Source of the DNA: Caulobacteraceae bacterium
GTDB taxonomy: Bacteria > Pseudomonadota > Alphaproteobacteria > Caulobacterales > Caulobacteraceae
Direction: 5' to 3'
NCBI GenBank assembly: GCA_947475845.1
Contig: CANJMO010000005.1
Span: 11,676-75,675, forward strand
Length of the DNA: 64,000 bases
Of the stretch, positions 10,959 to 22,354 are shown in pieces; positions within the stretch are counted from its first letter, which is position 1, and the number at the start of each line of letters is the position of its first letter. Both the position numbers and the translations under genes were made by a program. The notes under the pieces are model-generated. The model made no database searches and was not told the DNA's origin. It saw nothing but the letters and a program-made list of their open reading frames with translations.

Positions 10959-12474
10959 CCGCGAGACCATGCATGGGGTGCTGATCCTCGGCGCCGGCCT
11001 GGCCGGACTGTCGGCGGCGCTGTCGTTCGCGCAAAGCGGACGCAAGGCGCTGGTGATCTCTCCCGAACCCCTGATGAGCGGCTGCTCCTCGGCCTGGGCC
11101 CAGGGCGGCATGGCGGTGGCGATGTCGCCGGACGACGACGCCGAACTGCACGCCCAGGACACCATCGCCGCCGGCGCCGGGCTGGTGGATGCGAAGATGG
11201 CGCGCCTGCTGACCCGCGAAGGCCCCGACGCCGTGCGCCGGCTGGCCGATCTCGGCGCGCCGTTCGACCGCGAGGCCGACGGCCGTTTCGCCCAGAGCCT
11301 GGAAGCCGCCCATTCGCGTCCGCGCGTGGCGCGGGTCAAGGGCGATCAGGCTGGGCGCGCGATCATGGAGGCGGTGGTCGCCGCCGCCCTGGCCAGCCCG
11401 AATATTGAATTCCGCAAGGCGCGCGCGCTGGCATTGCTGCAGGACGCCTCGGGCCGCGTGCGCGGGGCCCTGATCGAACAGGACGGCGAGCAGCGCGAAG
11501 TGCTTTGCGACGCTGTCATCCTGGCAACCGGCGGGATTGGCGGGCTCTACGCCATGACCACCACCCCGGCCGCCGTGCGCGGCGAGGGCCTCGCTATGGC
11601 GGCTCTGGCGGGCGCCAGGATCGCCGATCCGGAGTTCATGCAGTTCCACCCGACCGCCATCGACGTCGGCCTCGATCCCGCGCCCCTGGCGACCGAAGCC
11701 CTGCGCGGCGAGGGCGCCAGGCTGGTGGACGCCAAGGGTGCCCCGTTCATGGCCCGCTATCATCCGCAGGCCGAGCTGGCCCCGCGCGACGTGGTGGCCC
11801 GCGCCATCCACGCCCAGCTGATGACCGGAGGCGGCGCCTATCTCGACTGCCGCCAAGCGGTGGGCGAGCATTTCCCGAGTGAATTCCCCGCCGTGTTCGC
11901 CGCCTGCCAGGCTGCCGGCATCGACCCGCGCAAGACGCCCATTCCGGTCGCGCCCGCCGCCCACTATCACATGGGCGGGGTGTGGACCGACGCCGAGGGC
12001 CGCAGCTCCCTGCACGGTCTCTACGCCGTCGGCGAATGCGCGGCGACGGGTGTCCACGGCGCCAATCGCCTGGCCTCCAACTCCCTGCTTGAAGCCGCCG
12101 TGTTCGGGACCCGCGCCGGGATCGCCGCGCGCGACGAGGCAGCGCCTGACGCGCCCGCGCTCCCCGCCGTCGCCCAGCCCGACCTGCCGCCCGCCGCCCT
12201 GCTGGCCCTGCGCCAAGCGATGAGCCGCGACGCGGGCGTGTTGCGCGACCGGGCGGGCCTGGAACGCCTACTCGATCAGATCGACGGCATCGCCGCCGCG
12301 CACGGATCCGCCCTGCCGCTGATCGCCGCGCGCATGGTCGCCCAGGCCGCGCTGAACCGGACCGAAAGCCGCGGCGCCCATTGGCGCTCGGACCATCCGA
12401 AGCCCAAGCCCGCCCGCCGCACCTTCACCACCCTGGCGGAACTGACCTCCGCTGAGCGGGAAGCCGCCGAATGA
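10951..12474 (+). CDS. nadB: L-aspartate oxidase
   Basis: [41 protein letters not shown]. The ATG at 10951 overlaps the macro stop by 8 nt. Confidence 0.93.
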   Translation: MADRETMHGVLILGAGLAGLSAALSFAQSGRKALVISPEPLMSGCSSAWAQGGMAVAMSPDDDAELHAQDTIAAGAGLVDAKMARLLTREGPDAVRRLADLGAPFDREADGRFAQSLEAAHSRPRVARVKGDQAGRAIMEAVVAAALASPNIEFRKARALALLQDASGRVRGALIEQDGEQREVLCDAVILATGGIGGLYAMTTTPAAVRGEGLAMAALAGARIADPEFMQFHPTAIDVGLDPAPLATEALRGEGARLVDAKGAPFMARYHPQAELAPRDVVARAIHAQLMTGGGAYLDCRQAVGEHFPSEFPAVFAACQAAGIDPRKTPIPVAPAAHYHMGGVWTDAEGRSSLHGLYAVGECAATGVHGANRLASNSLLEAAVFGTRAGIAARDEAAPDAPALPAVAQPDLPPAALLALRQAMSRDAGVLRDRAGLERLLDQIDGIAAAHGSALPLIAARMVAQAALNRTESRGAHWRSDHPKPKPARRTFTTLAELTSAEREAAE

Positions 12475-13316
12475 GCGAGTCGCCTCTTCCGGACCTGCTG
12501 ATCGACCCGGTGGTGCGCGCCGCCCTGCTGGAGGACCTGGGGCGGGCCGGCGACATCACCGCCGCCGCCTGCGTGCCCGCCGGGACGCGGCTGAACGCGC
12601 GCTTCGCCGCGAGGAAGCCCGGGCGGATCGCGGGCCTGGACTGCGTTCGGCTGGCCATCGCCGCGCTGGATCCGACCGCGACCTTCACCGTCAGGATCGG
12701 CGACGGCCAGGACGCGCCGGCCGGCGGGGTGCTGGCCGAGGTCGAGGCCGATGCGCGGGCCCTGCTGTCCGCCGAACGGGTGGCGCTGAACCTGCTGGGG
12801 CGCCTCAGCGGCGTCGCCACCGCCACCGCCGCCTACGCCAAGGCGATCGAGGGCACGGGCGCGCGGATCACCTGCACGCGCAAGACCACGCCCGGCCTGC
12901 GGGCGCTGGAGAAGTACGCCGTGCGCTGCGGCGGCGGGATCAACCACCGTTACGGCCTGGATGACGCGATCCTGATCAAGGACAACCACATCGTGGCCGC
13001 CGGCGGCATCGGCCCCGCGCTGCGCCAGGCCAAGCTGGCCGCCGGGCATCTGGTGCGCATCGAGATCGAGGTCGACACCCTGGCCCAGCTCGACGAGGCC
13101 CTGCCGTTTGGGCCGGACGTGATCATGCTCGATAACTTCAGCCTGCCGGACCTGCGAACCGCCGTGGCGCGGGCCAAGGGCAAGGCGATCCTGGAAGCGT
13201 CTGGCGGGGTGACGCTGGAGACCGTGCGGGCGATCGCCGAGACCGGAGTGGACGTGATCTCGTCGGGCGCCCTGACCCATTCGTCACCGGCGCTGGACGT
13301 CGGGCTGGACGCCTGA
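12471..13316 (+). CDS. nadC: nicotinate-nucleotide diphosphorylase (carboxylating)
   Basis: ATGA overlap with nad[40 protein letters not shown] is typical NadC. Confidence 0.95.
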   Translation: MSESPLPDLLIDPVVRAALLEDLGRAGDITAAACVPAGTRLNARFAARKPGRIAGLDCVRLAIAALDPTATFTVRIGDGQDAPAGGVLAEVEADARALLSAERVALNLLGRLSGVATATAAYAKAIEGTGARITCTRKTTPGLRALEKYAVRCGGGINHRYGLDDAILIKDNHIVAAGGIGPALRQAKLAAGHLVRIEIEVDTLAQLDEALPFGPDVIMLDNFSLPDLRTAVARAKGKAILEASGGVTLETVRAIAETGVDVISSGALTHSSPALDVGLDA

Positions 13317-13362
13317 ACTGCAACACTAGCGGTGGCAGAATTGTGCGCTATATAATTCAGCC

Positions 13363-14163
13363 ATGAACACCACCCGCATGCCTTCGATCTTCCTCGGCCA
13401 CGGCTCGCCCATGGCGGCGCTGGAAGACACCCCCCTGACCCGCGAATGGGCCGCGCTGGGCAAGCGCCTGCCGCGCCCGCGCGCGATCCTGATGATCTCG
13501 GCCCACTGGGAGACCAAGGGCATATTGGTCACCGCCGGCGAGCGTCCGCGCACCATCCACGACTTCTACGGCTTCCCGCCCGCGCTCTACGCCCAGGAAT
13601 ACAAGGCGCCCGGCGATCCGGAACTGGCGCAGCAGGTGGCGCAGATGCTGGCCCCGATCGGCCGCGCCGATCTGGACAGCTGGGGCTACGACCACGGGAC
13701 CTGGAGCGTGCTGACGCACATGTACCCGGACGCCGACATCCCGGTGATCCAGCTGAGCATGGACCTGCGCCTGAGCCCCGAGGGCCACTACCAGGTGGGC
13801 AAGGCGCTGGCGTCGCTGCGCGACCAAGGCGTGCTGATCATGGGCAGCGGCAACATCGTGCATAACCTGCGCCTGTACGACCGCCGCCCGGGCGCGCCCG
13901 CCCAGCCGTGGGCGCAGCGCTTCACCGATACGGTCAAGGCCAAGGTCGCCGCCGGCGATCATGCGGCCCTGATCGACTACATGAGCCTGGATCCCGAGGT
14001 GGCCCTGTGCTTCCCCGAGCCGGAGCACTTCCACCCCCTGCTCTACATCCTCGGCACGCAAGGCCCTGGCGAACGCGTAGAGTTCGTCACCGATGAGGTG
14101 TTCTCCTCGATCTCGATGACCTCGGTGCTGGTTGGCGCGGAGCCGCTGAAGGTCGCGGCCTAG
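13363..14163 (+). CDS. class III extradiol dioxygenase (YgiD / 4,5-DOPA dioxygenase family)
   Basis: MPSIFLGHGSPM..MISAHWE..IHDFYGFP..GSGNIVHNL pattern. Confidence 0.85.
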   Translation: MNTTRMPSIFLGHGSPMAALEDTPLTREWAALGKRLPRPRAILMISAHWETKGILVTAGERPRTIHDFYGFPPALYAQEYKAPGDPELAQQVAQMLAPIGRADLDSWGYDHGTWSVLTHMYPDADIPVIQLSMDLRLSPEGHYQVGKALASLRDQGVLIMGSGNIVHNLRLYDRRPGAPAQPWAQRFTDTVKAKVAAGDHAALIDYMSLDPEVALCFPEPEHFHPLLYILGTQGPGERVEFVTDEVFSSISMTSVLVGAEPLKVAA

Positions 14164-14214
14164 CCTCTGGGCGAGCGCGCCGGGCGTGCTACGGTTACCC
14201 AAGGCCGCCGGTTA

Positions 14215-16335
14215 GTGCGGCCCATGGGAGGCGTCGTGCGCAAGTCTGGTTTTGTCGCTATCGCCGTCCTGACTGCAAGCTCGGCCCATGCCCAGGCCCT
14301 CTACGCATCCGAAACCTTCGCCGAAGCCGACGCCGAGCGGGGCCAAGCGGCTTTCGCGCGCAACTGCGGCCTATGCCACGGCGCGGACCTGTCGGCGGGG
14401 CCGTTCGCCGGGGCGCTGAAGGGGCCCGTCTTCGAGGCCAAGTGGCGGGGACAACCAAGCCAGGCGGTGCTGGCGTTCACCCAGGCGCGGATGCCGCCGG
14501 CTAGTCCGGGCTCACTGAGCAGTGGCGATTACAGCGACATCCACGCCTACATCCTGAAGGTCAACGGCGCCGCGCCGGGCAGGGCCGATACCGCCGTCAC
14601 AGCCACCCGCGAGGCGCCCAATACCGGCCGGCCGCCGCCCACCGTGCCCGCCGACGCCAGAGCCAGGGCGGTTCTCGATGCGCGGACGGCCAAGCTGAAC
14701 GGTCTGACCCCGGTCACTGACGCGATGCTGCGCAACCCGTCCGACGCGGACTGGCTGAACTGGCGGCGGGACTATGCCGCTCAGGGGTTCAGCGCGCTGA
14801 AGCAGATCGACCGGGACAATGTCGCGCGCCTGCGCCCGGCGTGGAGTTGGAACCTGCCGCCCAGCCAGAACGAGGGCACGCCCCTGGTCCACGACGGGGT
14901 GATGTTCATGCAGAGCGGCGCGGTGGTGCAGGCGCTGGACGCCGCGACGGGCGAGCGGCTCTGGCAATATGTGCGGCCCCTGGCGCCCGCCTTCAACGAC
15001 GGCCGCGCGGCGCGGGCCAAGTCGCTGGCGATCTCCGGAACACGGCTGCTGGTCCCCACCGCCGACAAGCACATGATTGCCCTGGACGTGCGCAGCGGCG
15101 CCCTGATCTGGGATCACGACGTGGTCGGCGCCGACGCCCTGCAGCTGAACAGCGGTCCGATCGTGGTGCGCGGCAAGGTGATCGTCGGCGCCGCCCTGAA
15201 CGTGGCCAAGTCGCCGGGCGGCTGCTTCATCGTGGCGCTGGACGTGGAGACCGGACGTGAGGTCTGGCGCTTCAACACCATCGCCCGGCCGGGACAGCCC
15301 GGCGGCGATAGCTGGAACGGTGCGCCGGTGGACGAGCGCTTCGGCGGCGGAGTGTGGACCTCGGGCAGCTATGACGCCGGCCGCAACCTGCTGTTCTTCG
15401 GCATCGGCAACACCTACGACACCGGCACCCTGTTGCTGCCGCAGCCGCGCAGGGGCGAGTCCAACGACGGGCTGTATACGGCCTCGACCGTGGCCGTCGA
15501 CGCCGACACCGGCAGGCTGGCCTGGTTCTACCAGCACATGCAGCGCGACGTGTGGGACCAGGACTGGGCGTTCGAGCAGACGTTGGCGACCTTGCCGGTA
15601 GGCGGCAAACCGCGCGACGTGGTGATCACCGCCGGCAAGCTGGCGATCTTCGACGTGCTCGACCGCGCGACCGGCCAGTACCTGTTCTCCAAGGACCTGG
15701 GCCTGCAGAACCTGGTCACGGCCATCGACCCGGTGACCGGCCACAAGACCACCGACCCGGCGCTGGAGCCCGAGGCCGGCAAGACCTGGATCGTCTGTCC
15801 CTCGACCACCGGCGCGCGCTCCTGGCCGGCCACCTCGCTCGATCCGACGACGCACATCGTCTATGTGCCGATGACGGAATCCTGCATGCAGTACAGCTTC
15901 ACGCCGCGCACCCCCGCCGAGGTCGCCGCCGGGGGGGTGGACATCCGCTATCCCAACTAGGCGCTGCCTGACAGCGACGGCAACTACGGCCGCGTGCAGG
16001 CCGCCGACCTCGACACCCGCCAAGTGGTGTGGACCCATCGCCAGCGCGCGCCGACCGCCAGTTCGGTGCTGGCCACGGCGGGGGGCGTGGTGTTCGCCGG
16101 ATCGGTGGACCGACGCTTCAGCGCCTATGACGCCGCCAACGGCACGGTCCTGTGGGACACGCCCGTGGCTGCCTCGCCGAGCTCGTCGCCGATCACCTAC
16201 ACGGCGGGAGGCGCGCAGTATGTGGCGGTGGCGGTCGGCGGCGGCGGCGCCTACGACAGCGACGGCCAGGCTCTGATGGCCGAGGCCGCGGCCCCCGCCG
16301 CCGGAGTGACGATGATGGTCTACCAGCTGCCTTAG
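14215..16335 (+). pseudogene. PQQ-dependent dehydrogenase with N-terminal heme-c domain, interrupted by one in-frame TAG at 15958..15960
   Basis: Signal peptide, then CGLCH heme site, then PQQ beta-propeller repeats. Track ORFs 14215..15960 and 15994..16335 are in the same frame. The codons between them (ALPDSDGNYGRVQAADL) continue the propeller. Confidence 0.8.
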
Positions 16336-19300
16336 GGCTTCTTCGCCGCCCCGAAATCGCGGTGCCAGCGGACCGCCAGCTTGGCCCCGCCCTGAGGCAC
16401 GCCGCCGCCTTGAGTGGTGGTCTGGTTGGCCAAGCTGGAGGCCAGCGAGAGGTTGCGGGTGACCCGGTATTCGACCTGGACGCTGGGGCCCGCGCGGCCG
16501 CCGCCGGCCAGCTCGACATAGACGTTGTCGGTCAGATATTTGCCGCCCGCGACGCTGACCCCGGTCTGGCCGCCGCCTACCAGGGCGAGACGGTCGAGCC
16601 GGGCGAAGGAGCGGATGCCGCCGATCACGTCGAAGCCGCCGCCGGACGTCAGAGCGGTCAGGGCCGAGGCCAGTTGGGCGGCCTCGAGTGGCGACAGCTG
16701 CGAGGCCGAGGCGCCGAACAGCACCTGCGACAGCACTTCGTCGTTGGGCAGAACCGGGTTCGACGTCAGGCTGATCTGAGGCCGCGCGGCGGTGCCCTGG
16801 ATGCGGATCACCGCCGTCAGCGACGGGTCCTCGCGGGTCGCGGTCAGGTCCAGGCGGATCAGGTTGGGGTCGTTGGACAGATGGACGACGCCGCGGTCGT
16901 CGAACTCGAATCTTTTCCCCGCGAAATCATAGGCCCCGCGCACGACCCGGGCCTCGCCGTCCAGCACCGGCTTGGCGGTGGTGCCGGTGACGCGGGCGGC
17001 CAGGGACATGTCGACATCCAGACCCCGGCCCTTGACCAGGACGCCCTTGCGCGCGTTCAGGGCGACATCGATGGCGACGCCGGTGGGCTGGCCGCCGCCG
17101 TTGGCCGCGGTCGGCGCGATCTGTTCGTCGATGCGGAACGGCCGGTTCTTCTCGATCACGTCCATGGTCACGATGCTGGGTCCGGTGCGGGCGGCGGCGT
17201 TGACTTCGGCCCTGACCAGTTCGAGCGTGCCGGCGATTTTGGCCTTGCCGTCGGCGCCGCGGGTGACCGCCACCTGGCCCGTGGCGTCGGCCTGGGCGGT
17301 GTCGTTGTCGATCAGGCGGAAGGCGTTGAGATTGAGCGTCATGGTTGAGCCGCCGCCGCGCGCCAGGCTGATCTGGCCCGAGCCAGACACCTGGCCCTTG
17401 GCCCCGTCGGTGGCGGCGAATTTGTCCAGGGTGATGGTGTCGGTGTTGAGCGCCGCGCCGACGTTGAGGCCGCGCAGCTTCAGCCCCGTGGCGTAGTCGT
17501 CGAACAGGCCGTTCATCAGATCGACGCGGCCGGTGACCTTAGGATCGGCCAGGGTTCCGCCGAGGTCCGCCTTGGCCATCAGCCGCCCGCCCAGGGTGCG
17601 CTCGCCGCCCAGGAACAGATCCCACAGGGGCTGGATCTCGCCGTCGGCCTGGAAGGTCCCCTGCATGGGTTTGGTGCGCACCAAGGCGATGCGGAACGGC
17701 GCGGCCGAGGCCTCGGCCGGCAGGACGAAGCTGGCGGCGGAGGTCAGGCCCTGTTCGCTGTTGAGTTTGGCCGCGACCGTGACCCGGTTGTCGTCGAGCG
17801 CCGCCTTGATCGAGCCGTCGATGGACAGGCCCTTGCGCGCGTCGCGGCTGCGGGCGTTCTTAAGTTCGGCGTCGAGGCTGCCCTTGAGGGTCTGGCCCTG
17901 TCCGGCCAGCTTCAGGTCGGCGTCGAACTGGCCGGTGAAATCCTCGGACAGGAACGACAGATCGACCCCCGACAGATTGGCGGTAAGGTTGACCGCCCCG
18001 CCGGTCTCGCGCGCGTCCAGCTCGGCCTTGCCGCCGCCGAGCGACAGCCGCAGGCGGGCGAAGTGGTCGCCGTCGTCGAGGCGCACCTGGACCGGCTCCA
18101 GGGTTTTGAACGGCGCCCGGCGCAGGTTGCCGGAGCCGGAGAAGGCCACCGAATAGCCCTTGGGATCGCGGCTGAGCACGCCCGATCCGTCCAGCTTGAC
18201 CGGAGTGCGCAACCAGGCGCCGTCGCCCACCACCGTGTAGGGCAGGCGCGACAGGGGGCCAGCGGCTGTGATCTTGGCGGTGGCCAGAGCGAGCGGCTGG
18301 CCGCGCACGACGGCGCCTTTGGCCTCAAGCGAAAGGTGGACGTCCGGATCGCCTTTCGCATCGACGATCTTCACCGTCCCGGCGATCTGACCCTCTGTCA
18401 GCAGGGCCCCGGCCGCCACCTGCAGGGTCAGGTCGGCGCTGGAGGGGGCGCCGTCACGCAGGGACAGGGCGCCCTTGGCCTTGATGCCGCCGGCGTCGGC
18501 GTCGATGTCCTTCAGTTCGATGCCGCCCGAGGAGAAGCGGAAGGCCGAGCGGGCCCGGGCCGGGCCGTAGGGACTGGCCCCGGCCAGGGCCACGGCGCCG
18601 TCCGAGCCGTCCTTGGAAGCGGCGAAGGTCAGGTCGAGCTTGGCGTCCTTTACCGTCATATAGGGGAAGGCGATGCTGGCCAGGGCGGCGGTCAGCTCGA
18701 CCTTGGGCGTATCGAAGGTTCCGGTCAGCGCGCCCTTGCCGTTGGCCTTGCCGTCGATCTCCAGCGGGCCGAAGCCGAACGGGCCGTCCGCTTCCCAATC
18801 CAGGGCGAAGTTGATCGGTCCGGCCAGGTCCCATGTGCCCTGCGCGCTGGCCCGCTCCTTGGCGCCTTCGATGGTCGCCTTGGTCACGGTGACGATCGGG
18901 CCGAGCAGCGAAGCACTGCCCGAGATGCGCGGCTCGGGGCCGAGCAGGCGGTCCATCTCCGGCGTGCCGGTGGCGTAGCGCTCGCCGCGACCCTCGACGC
19001 TGAACAGCCACGGCTTGTCGGCCCCGTTGTCCTGGGTCGCGGCCCATGAGCCCTGCAACATGCCCGATGCGCCCGGGGCCAGCTTGCCGAGGTCGGTGAC
19101 CTGGACCTCGCCTTTGAACTGCAGGCCCTTGTTGAGGAAATTCTGGCCGCCCGACCCCTGCACCTTGACCCCGTTGCCGACGCCGTCGATCGACTTGATC
19201 AGCACCCGTCCGTCTTTCAGGCGCACGACTTGAGTCACGACGTGAGGGCTGGGGCCGCCGGCCACGGCGATCAGGCCTTCGCCCCCGCCGCCCTGGCCGG

Positions 19301-20573
19301 TGATGTCGCCCTGGATGTCTAGCTGCTCCTTCTTCCAGGCGACCTTGACCGGCCCGAACGCCCGTTTGATCCGCCAGCCGAGAATGTCCAGATCCGCCGC
19401 CTCGGCATTGCCTGTAAATTGCAGGTCGTCGAGCTTGCCCGACAGCACCCCGGTCGCCTTGCCTTCGCCCATGGCCGGGTCGCGGTTGAGCTTCCTGAGG
19501 TCCTTGATCACCACCGACAGAGCCAGACCCGGCGTCGTCCCCTTGGTGGTGTCGGTCGGGCCGCGGGCCATCAGCACGATGTTGTCGGCGATGAAGCGGG
19601 TGTCGATATCGTAGACCGCGCCCTTGCGCTGTTTGGTGATGACCGCGAGCTCGGCCTCGGGGCCGAACATATTGACCATGTCGCGGGTCAGGGCCGATGC
19701 GCCCAGCACCACATGGGCGTTGAAGCCGCCGCCGGCGGGGTTCCAGGCACCCTGGGCCTTGACCGGAATCACATCGCCGGAGCGGGCGACCAGCACGAAC
19801 TTGCCGGCGCCGGTGGTCCCCGTCAGGTGGGCGTTGAGATCGAAGGATTTGCCGGGGTCCAGGCCGAACAGGCCGGCGATGGTGCCGCCGCGGGCTTCGG
19901 TGGCGTCGGCGTCGAGCAGCAGGGTCTGGGTGCGGCCGAGATTGATATTGGCCTTGAGGTGATCGCCGGGGCGCAGCACGCTCTGCACGTCGATCTTGCC
20001 GATGGTCCCGCCCTGGTAGCGGATGTCGGCGTCGCCGGCGACGTCATAGACCTCGTGGCGGAACGAGAACTTGTCGGTCATCTCGACCCGGCCCTTTACC
20101 GAGTCCAGAGAGAAGGACATGGCGATCGGCTTGCCCGGCGGCTGAGGCGCGATCAACGGCTGGCGGATCAGCAGCAGATTGCCGACGCTGAGGGTATGGA
20201 CGTGCAGGCGGCTGCGCAGCAGTTCGGCATAGCGCCAGTCGACCTGGACATTGTCGGCCTGCAGCCACACGCCCTTGGCGTCAGCCAGGGTCAGGCGGCG
20301 CAGGCGGAAGTCGCGCCAGATATCGCCTTCCAGGCCTTCGATGTGGATCTTGCCGAACGGTAGAACCATGGCGTTGACCCGCGCCTCGATCAGGCGCCGC
20401 GCCTCGCCGGTCAGCACCCCGACCCGGACCGTCACCAGCATCACCCCGGCCACCAGCAGTAGCACCAGGGGAATTTCCATGAGCCAGCCGAGCGGCGTGT
20501 GCGCGCGGAACCACGGAACCCGCTTGCGTGAGGCTTTTGGCGTCTTGGCCGGAGGGGCGCCGGGTTCGGTCAA
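16332..20573 (-). CDS. tamB: translocation and assembly module protein TamB (DUF490)
   Basis: 1413 aa with an N-terminal signal anchor, a long beta-rich body, and a C-terminal DUF490-type tail (..YLTDNVYVEL..VEYRVTRNLSL). TTG start overlaps the tamA stop (TTGA). An internal ATG at 20480 is an alternative start. Confidence 0.9.
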   Translation of the reverse strand: MTEPGAPPAKTPKASRKRVPWFRAHTPLGWLMEIPLVLLLVAGVMLVTVRVGVLTGEARRLIEARVNAMVLPFGKIHIEGLEGDIWRDFRLRRLTLADAKGVWLQADNVQVDWRYAELLRSRLHVHTLSVGNLLLIRQPLIAPQPPGKPIAMSFSLDSVKGRVEMTDKFSFRHEVYDVAGDADIRYQGGTIGKIDVQSVLRPGDHLKANINLGRTQTLLLDADATEARGGTIAGLFGLDPGKSFDLNAHLTGTTGAGKFVLVARSGDVIPVKAQGAWNPAGGGFNAHVVLGASALTRDMVNMFGPEAELAVITKQRKGAVYDIDTRFIADNIVLMARGPTDTTKGTTPGLALSVVIKDLRKLNRDPAMGEGKATGVLSGKLDDLQFTGNAEAADLDILGWRIKRAFGPVKVAWKKEQLDIQGDITGQGGGGEGLIAVAGGPSPHVVTQVVRLKDGRVLIKSIDGVGNGVKVQGSGGQNFLNKGLQFKGEVQVTDLGKLAPGASGMLQGSWAATQDNGADKPWLFSVEGRGERYATGTPEMDRLLGPEPRISGSASLLGPIVTVTKATIEGAKERASAQGTWDLAGPINFALDWEADGPFGFGPLEIDGKANGKGALTGTFDTPKVELTAALASIAFPYMTVKDAKLDLTFAASKDGSDGAVALAGASPYGPARARSAFRFSSGGIELKDIDADAGGIKAKGALSLRDGAPSSADLTLQVAAGALLTEGQIAGTVKIVDAKGDPDVHLSLEAKGAVVRGQPLALATAKITAAGPLSRLPYTVVGDGAWLRTPVKLDGSGVLSRDPKGYSVAFSGSGNLRRAPFKTLEPVQVRLDDGDHFARLRLSLGGGKAELDARETGGAVNLTANLSGVDLSFLSEDFTGQFDADLKLAGQGQTLKGSLDAELKNARSRDARKGLSIDGSIKAALDDNRVTVAAKLNSEQGLTSAASFVLPAEASAAPFRIALVRTKPMQGTFQADGEIQPLWDLFLGGERTLGGRLMAKADLGGTLADPKVTGRVDLMNGLFDDYATGLKLRGLNVGAALNTDTITLDKFAATDGAKGQVSGSGQISLARGGGSTMTLNLNAFRLIDNDTAQADATGQVAVTRGADGKAKIAGTLELVRAEVNAAARTGPSIVTMDVIEKNRPFRIDEQIAPTAANGGGQPTGVAIDVALNARKGVLVKGRGLDVDMSLAARVTGTTAKPVLDGEARVVRGAYDFAGKRFEFDDRGVVHLSNDPNLIRLDLTATREDPSLTAVIRIQGTAARPQISLTSNPVLPNDEVLSQVLFGASASQLSPLEAAQLASALTALTSGGGFDVIGGIRSFARLDRLALVGGGQTGVSVAGGKYLTDNVYVELAGGGRAGPSVQVEYRVTRNLSLASSLANQTTTQGGGVPQGGAKLAVRWHRDFGAAKKP

Positions 20574-22354
20574 AAGCTCTGGCCGATCGACAGGTAGATC
20601 TGCACCGCGGCGTCGCCGTTGCGCTTCTGCATGGGGAAGGCGACGTCCACGCGGAACGGCGCGAACCCGAGGTCATAGCGCAGGCCGAAGCCGACCCCGG
20701 TGGAGACCGCGTCCAGATCGAAGGTCTGCTGCGAGCCCAGCACGCCTGAATCGACGAACACCACCGCGCCGAACGCTCCGGTGAGCTTGCGGCGCAGTTC
20801 CACCGAGGTTTCCAGCAGGGAGATGCCGCCCTGCGGCGTGTTGTCGGGAAAGCGCGGGCCGACCCCCTGGTAGGCGTAGCCGCGCACCGAGCCGCCGCCC
20901 CCGGAATAGAAACGGCGTGAGGCCGGGATCGCGGGGATGCCGCCGTTGAGGATGTCGCCGATCCGCACCCGCCCGGCGACCACGGTGTCGGCGGCGGTGT
21001 CGAAGGGGACGTAGGCGCTGGCCTGGGCCTGGGCGCGGATATAGTTGATCGGTCCCGAACCGAAGGCGGCGCTGGGCTCGGCCCGCACCTCGAACCGCCA
21101 GCCCTTGGTCGGGTTGAGGATGTCGTTGGAATGGTCCAGCGACAGGGCGGTGGAGGCGATGATGCTGGTGAGCGGACGCTCCTTCTTGATCAGCACCCCG
21201 CCGATCGCCTGGGGCTCGGCGTCGCGGCTGGCGATCACCGACAGGCCGTAGCTGAAGAAGTCGTTGCGGCCGAAGCGCTGCTCCAGGTCCGCCCCGATGC
21301 GGGCGCCGGTTTCCAGATAGGCGTTGGTGTCGTCGCGGTAGACCGAGGTCGACAGCTTCAGGGTGCGCTGGGCGCTGCGCCAGTTGGGTAAGGACAGCTC
21401 GACACCGACCTGGCTGAGGATCTCCGCAGCCTGGAAGGTGAAGGCCAGGGTGTCGCCGCGGCCCATGCGATTGTAGTGGGTCCACTTGGATTCGAAGCCC
21501 GTGCCTTCCGCCGTGGAGTAGCTGGCGCCCAGCTCCAGGGTCGATTTGGGTCGGTCGACCAGGGTCACATCGACCGGGCGCTCGCCGTCGGCGTTGGGTT
21601 CGGGCGCCAGGGCGACGGTGATGGAGTCGAACACCACGGTGTCGCGCAGGCGCTTTTCCAGCTGGGCGACCTGATCCGGATCGTAGATGTCGCCGGCCTT
21701 CCACGGGGCCAGGGAATTGACCCAGGCGGCGTGGGTGCGCCCCTGGCTGTTGAGATGGATGCCGTCCATCTTCACCCGAGCGCCGGCGTCGATGCGGAAG
21801 GTCGGCTGCACGGTGCGCGGGATGTGATCGACGGTGACCTCGCGCGGCTGGGTCTTGGCGTCGGCATAGCCGCGCTTCTGCACCGCGGCCACGATCCGGC
21901 CCTCGGCCGACAGCACGTCCGCCGCGCGGCCTGGCGAGCCGATGGTAAGGCCGATGGCGGATTCCCCGGCCAGGCGCGCCAGCTGCACCGGCTGATCGCC
22001 GACCCAGCTGACCATCGGACTGGAGAAGGCGAAGGGCGCGCCCGGGGTGACACGCACCACCGACTGCGGCTGATCCCCGGCGCCGACATCGGGCTCGACC
22101 ACGGCTTCGTAATAGCCTTCGGACCGCAGCACGCTGGCGACGTTAGTGGCTGCGTCGATCGCGCGGCGACGGGCTTCGAAGCGGCTCTGCGGTGGGTTCC
22201 TGTCGGTACCGAGGGCGCGCTCGATCTCTTGGCGCAGGCGCGAGTCCGCCATGCCCTGAATCTGGGCCTTCGGAACATCGGCCCACGCTGCACACGCCGC
22301 TGCCAAAACACCGGACGCCGCGCTCGCGGCCGCCGCCAAGCGGAGTGATTTCAA
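20570..22354 (-). CDS. tamA: outer-membrane Omp85-family protein TamA
   Basis: Signal peptide, POTRA-like N-terminal region, and an Omp85 barrel ending ..RFYSGGGGSVRGY..VDVAFP..IYLSIGQSF. Confidence 0.9.
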   Translation of the reverse strand: MKSLRLAAAASAASGVLAAACAAWADVPKAQIQGMADSRLRQEIERALGTDRNPPQSRFEARRRAIDAATNVASVLRSEGYYEAVVEPDVGAGDQPQSVVRVTPGAPFAFSSPMVSWVGDQPVQLARLAGESAIGLTIGSPGRAADVLSAEGRIVAAVQKRGYADAKTQPREVTVDHIPRTVQPTFRIDAGARVKMDGIHLNSQGRTHAAWVNSLAPWKAGDIYDPDQVAQLEKRLRDTVVFDSITVALAPEPNADGERPVDVTLVDRPKSTLELGASYSTAEGTGFESKWTHYNRMGRGDTLAFTFQAAEILSQVGVELSLPNWRSAQRTLKLSTSVYRDDTNAYLETGARIGADLEQRFGRNDFFSYGLSVIASRDAEPQAIGGVLIKKERPLTSIIASTALSLDHSNDILNPTKGWRFEVRAEPSAAFGSGPINYIRAQAQASAYVPFDTAADTVVAGRVRIGDILNGGIPAIPASRRFYSGGGGSVRGYAYQGVGPRFPDNTPQGGISLLETSVELRRKLTGAFGAVVFVDSGVLGSQQTFDLDAVSTGVGFGLRYDLGFAPFRVDVAFPMQKRNGDAAVQIYLSIGQSF

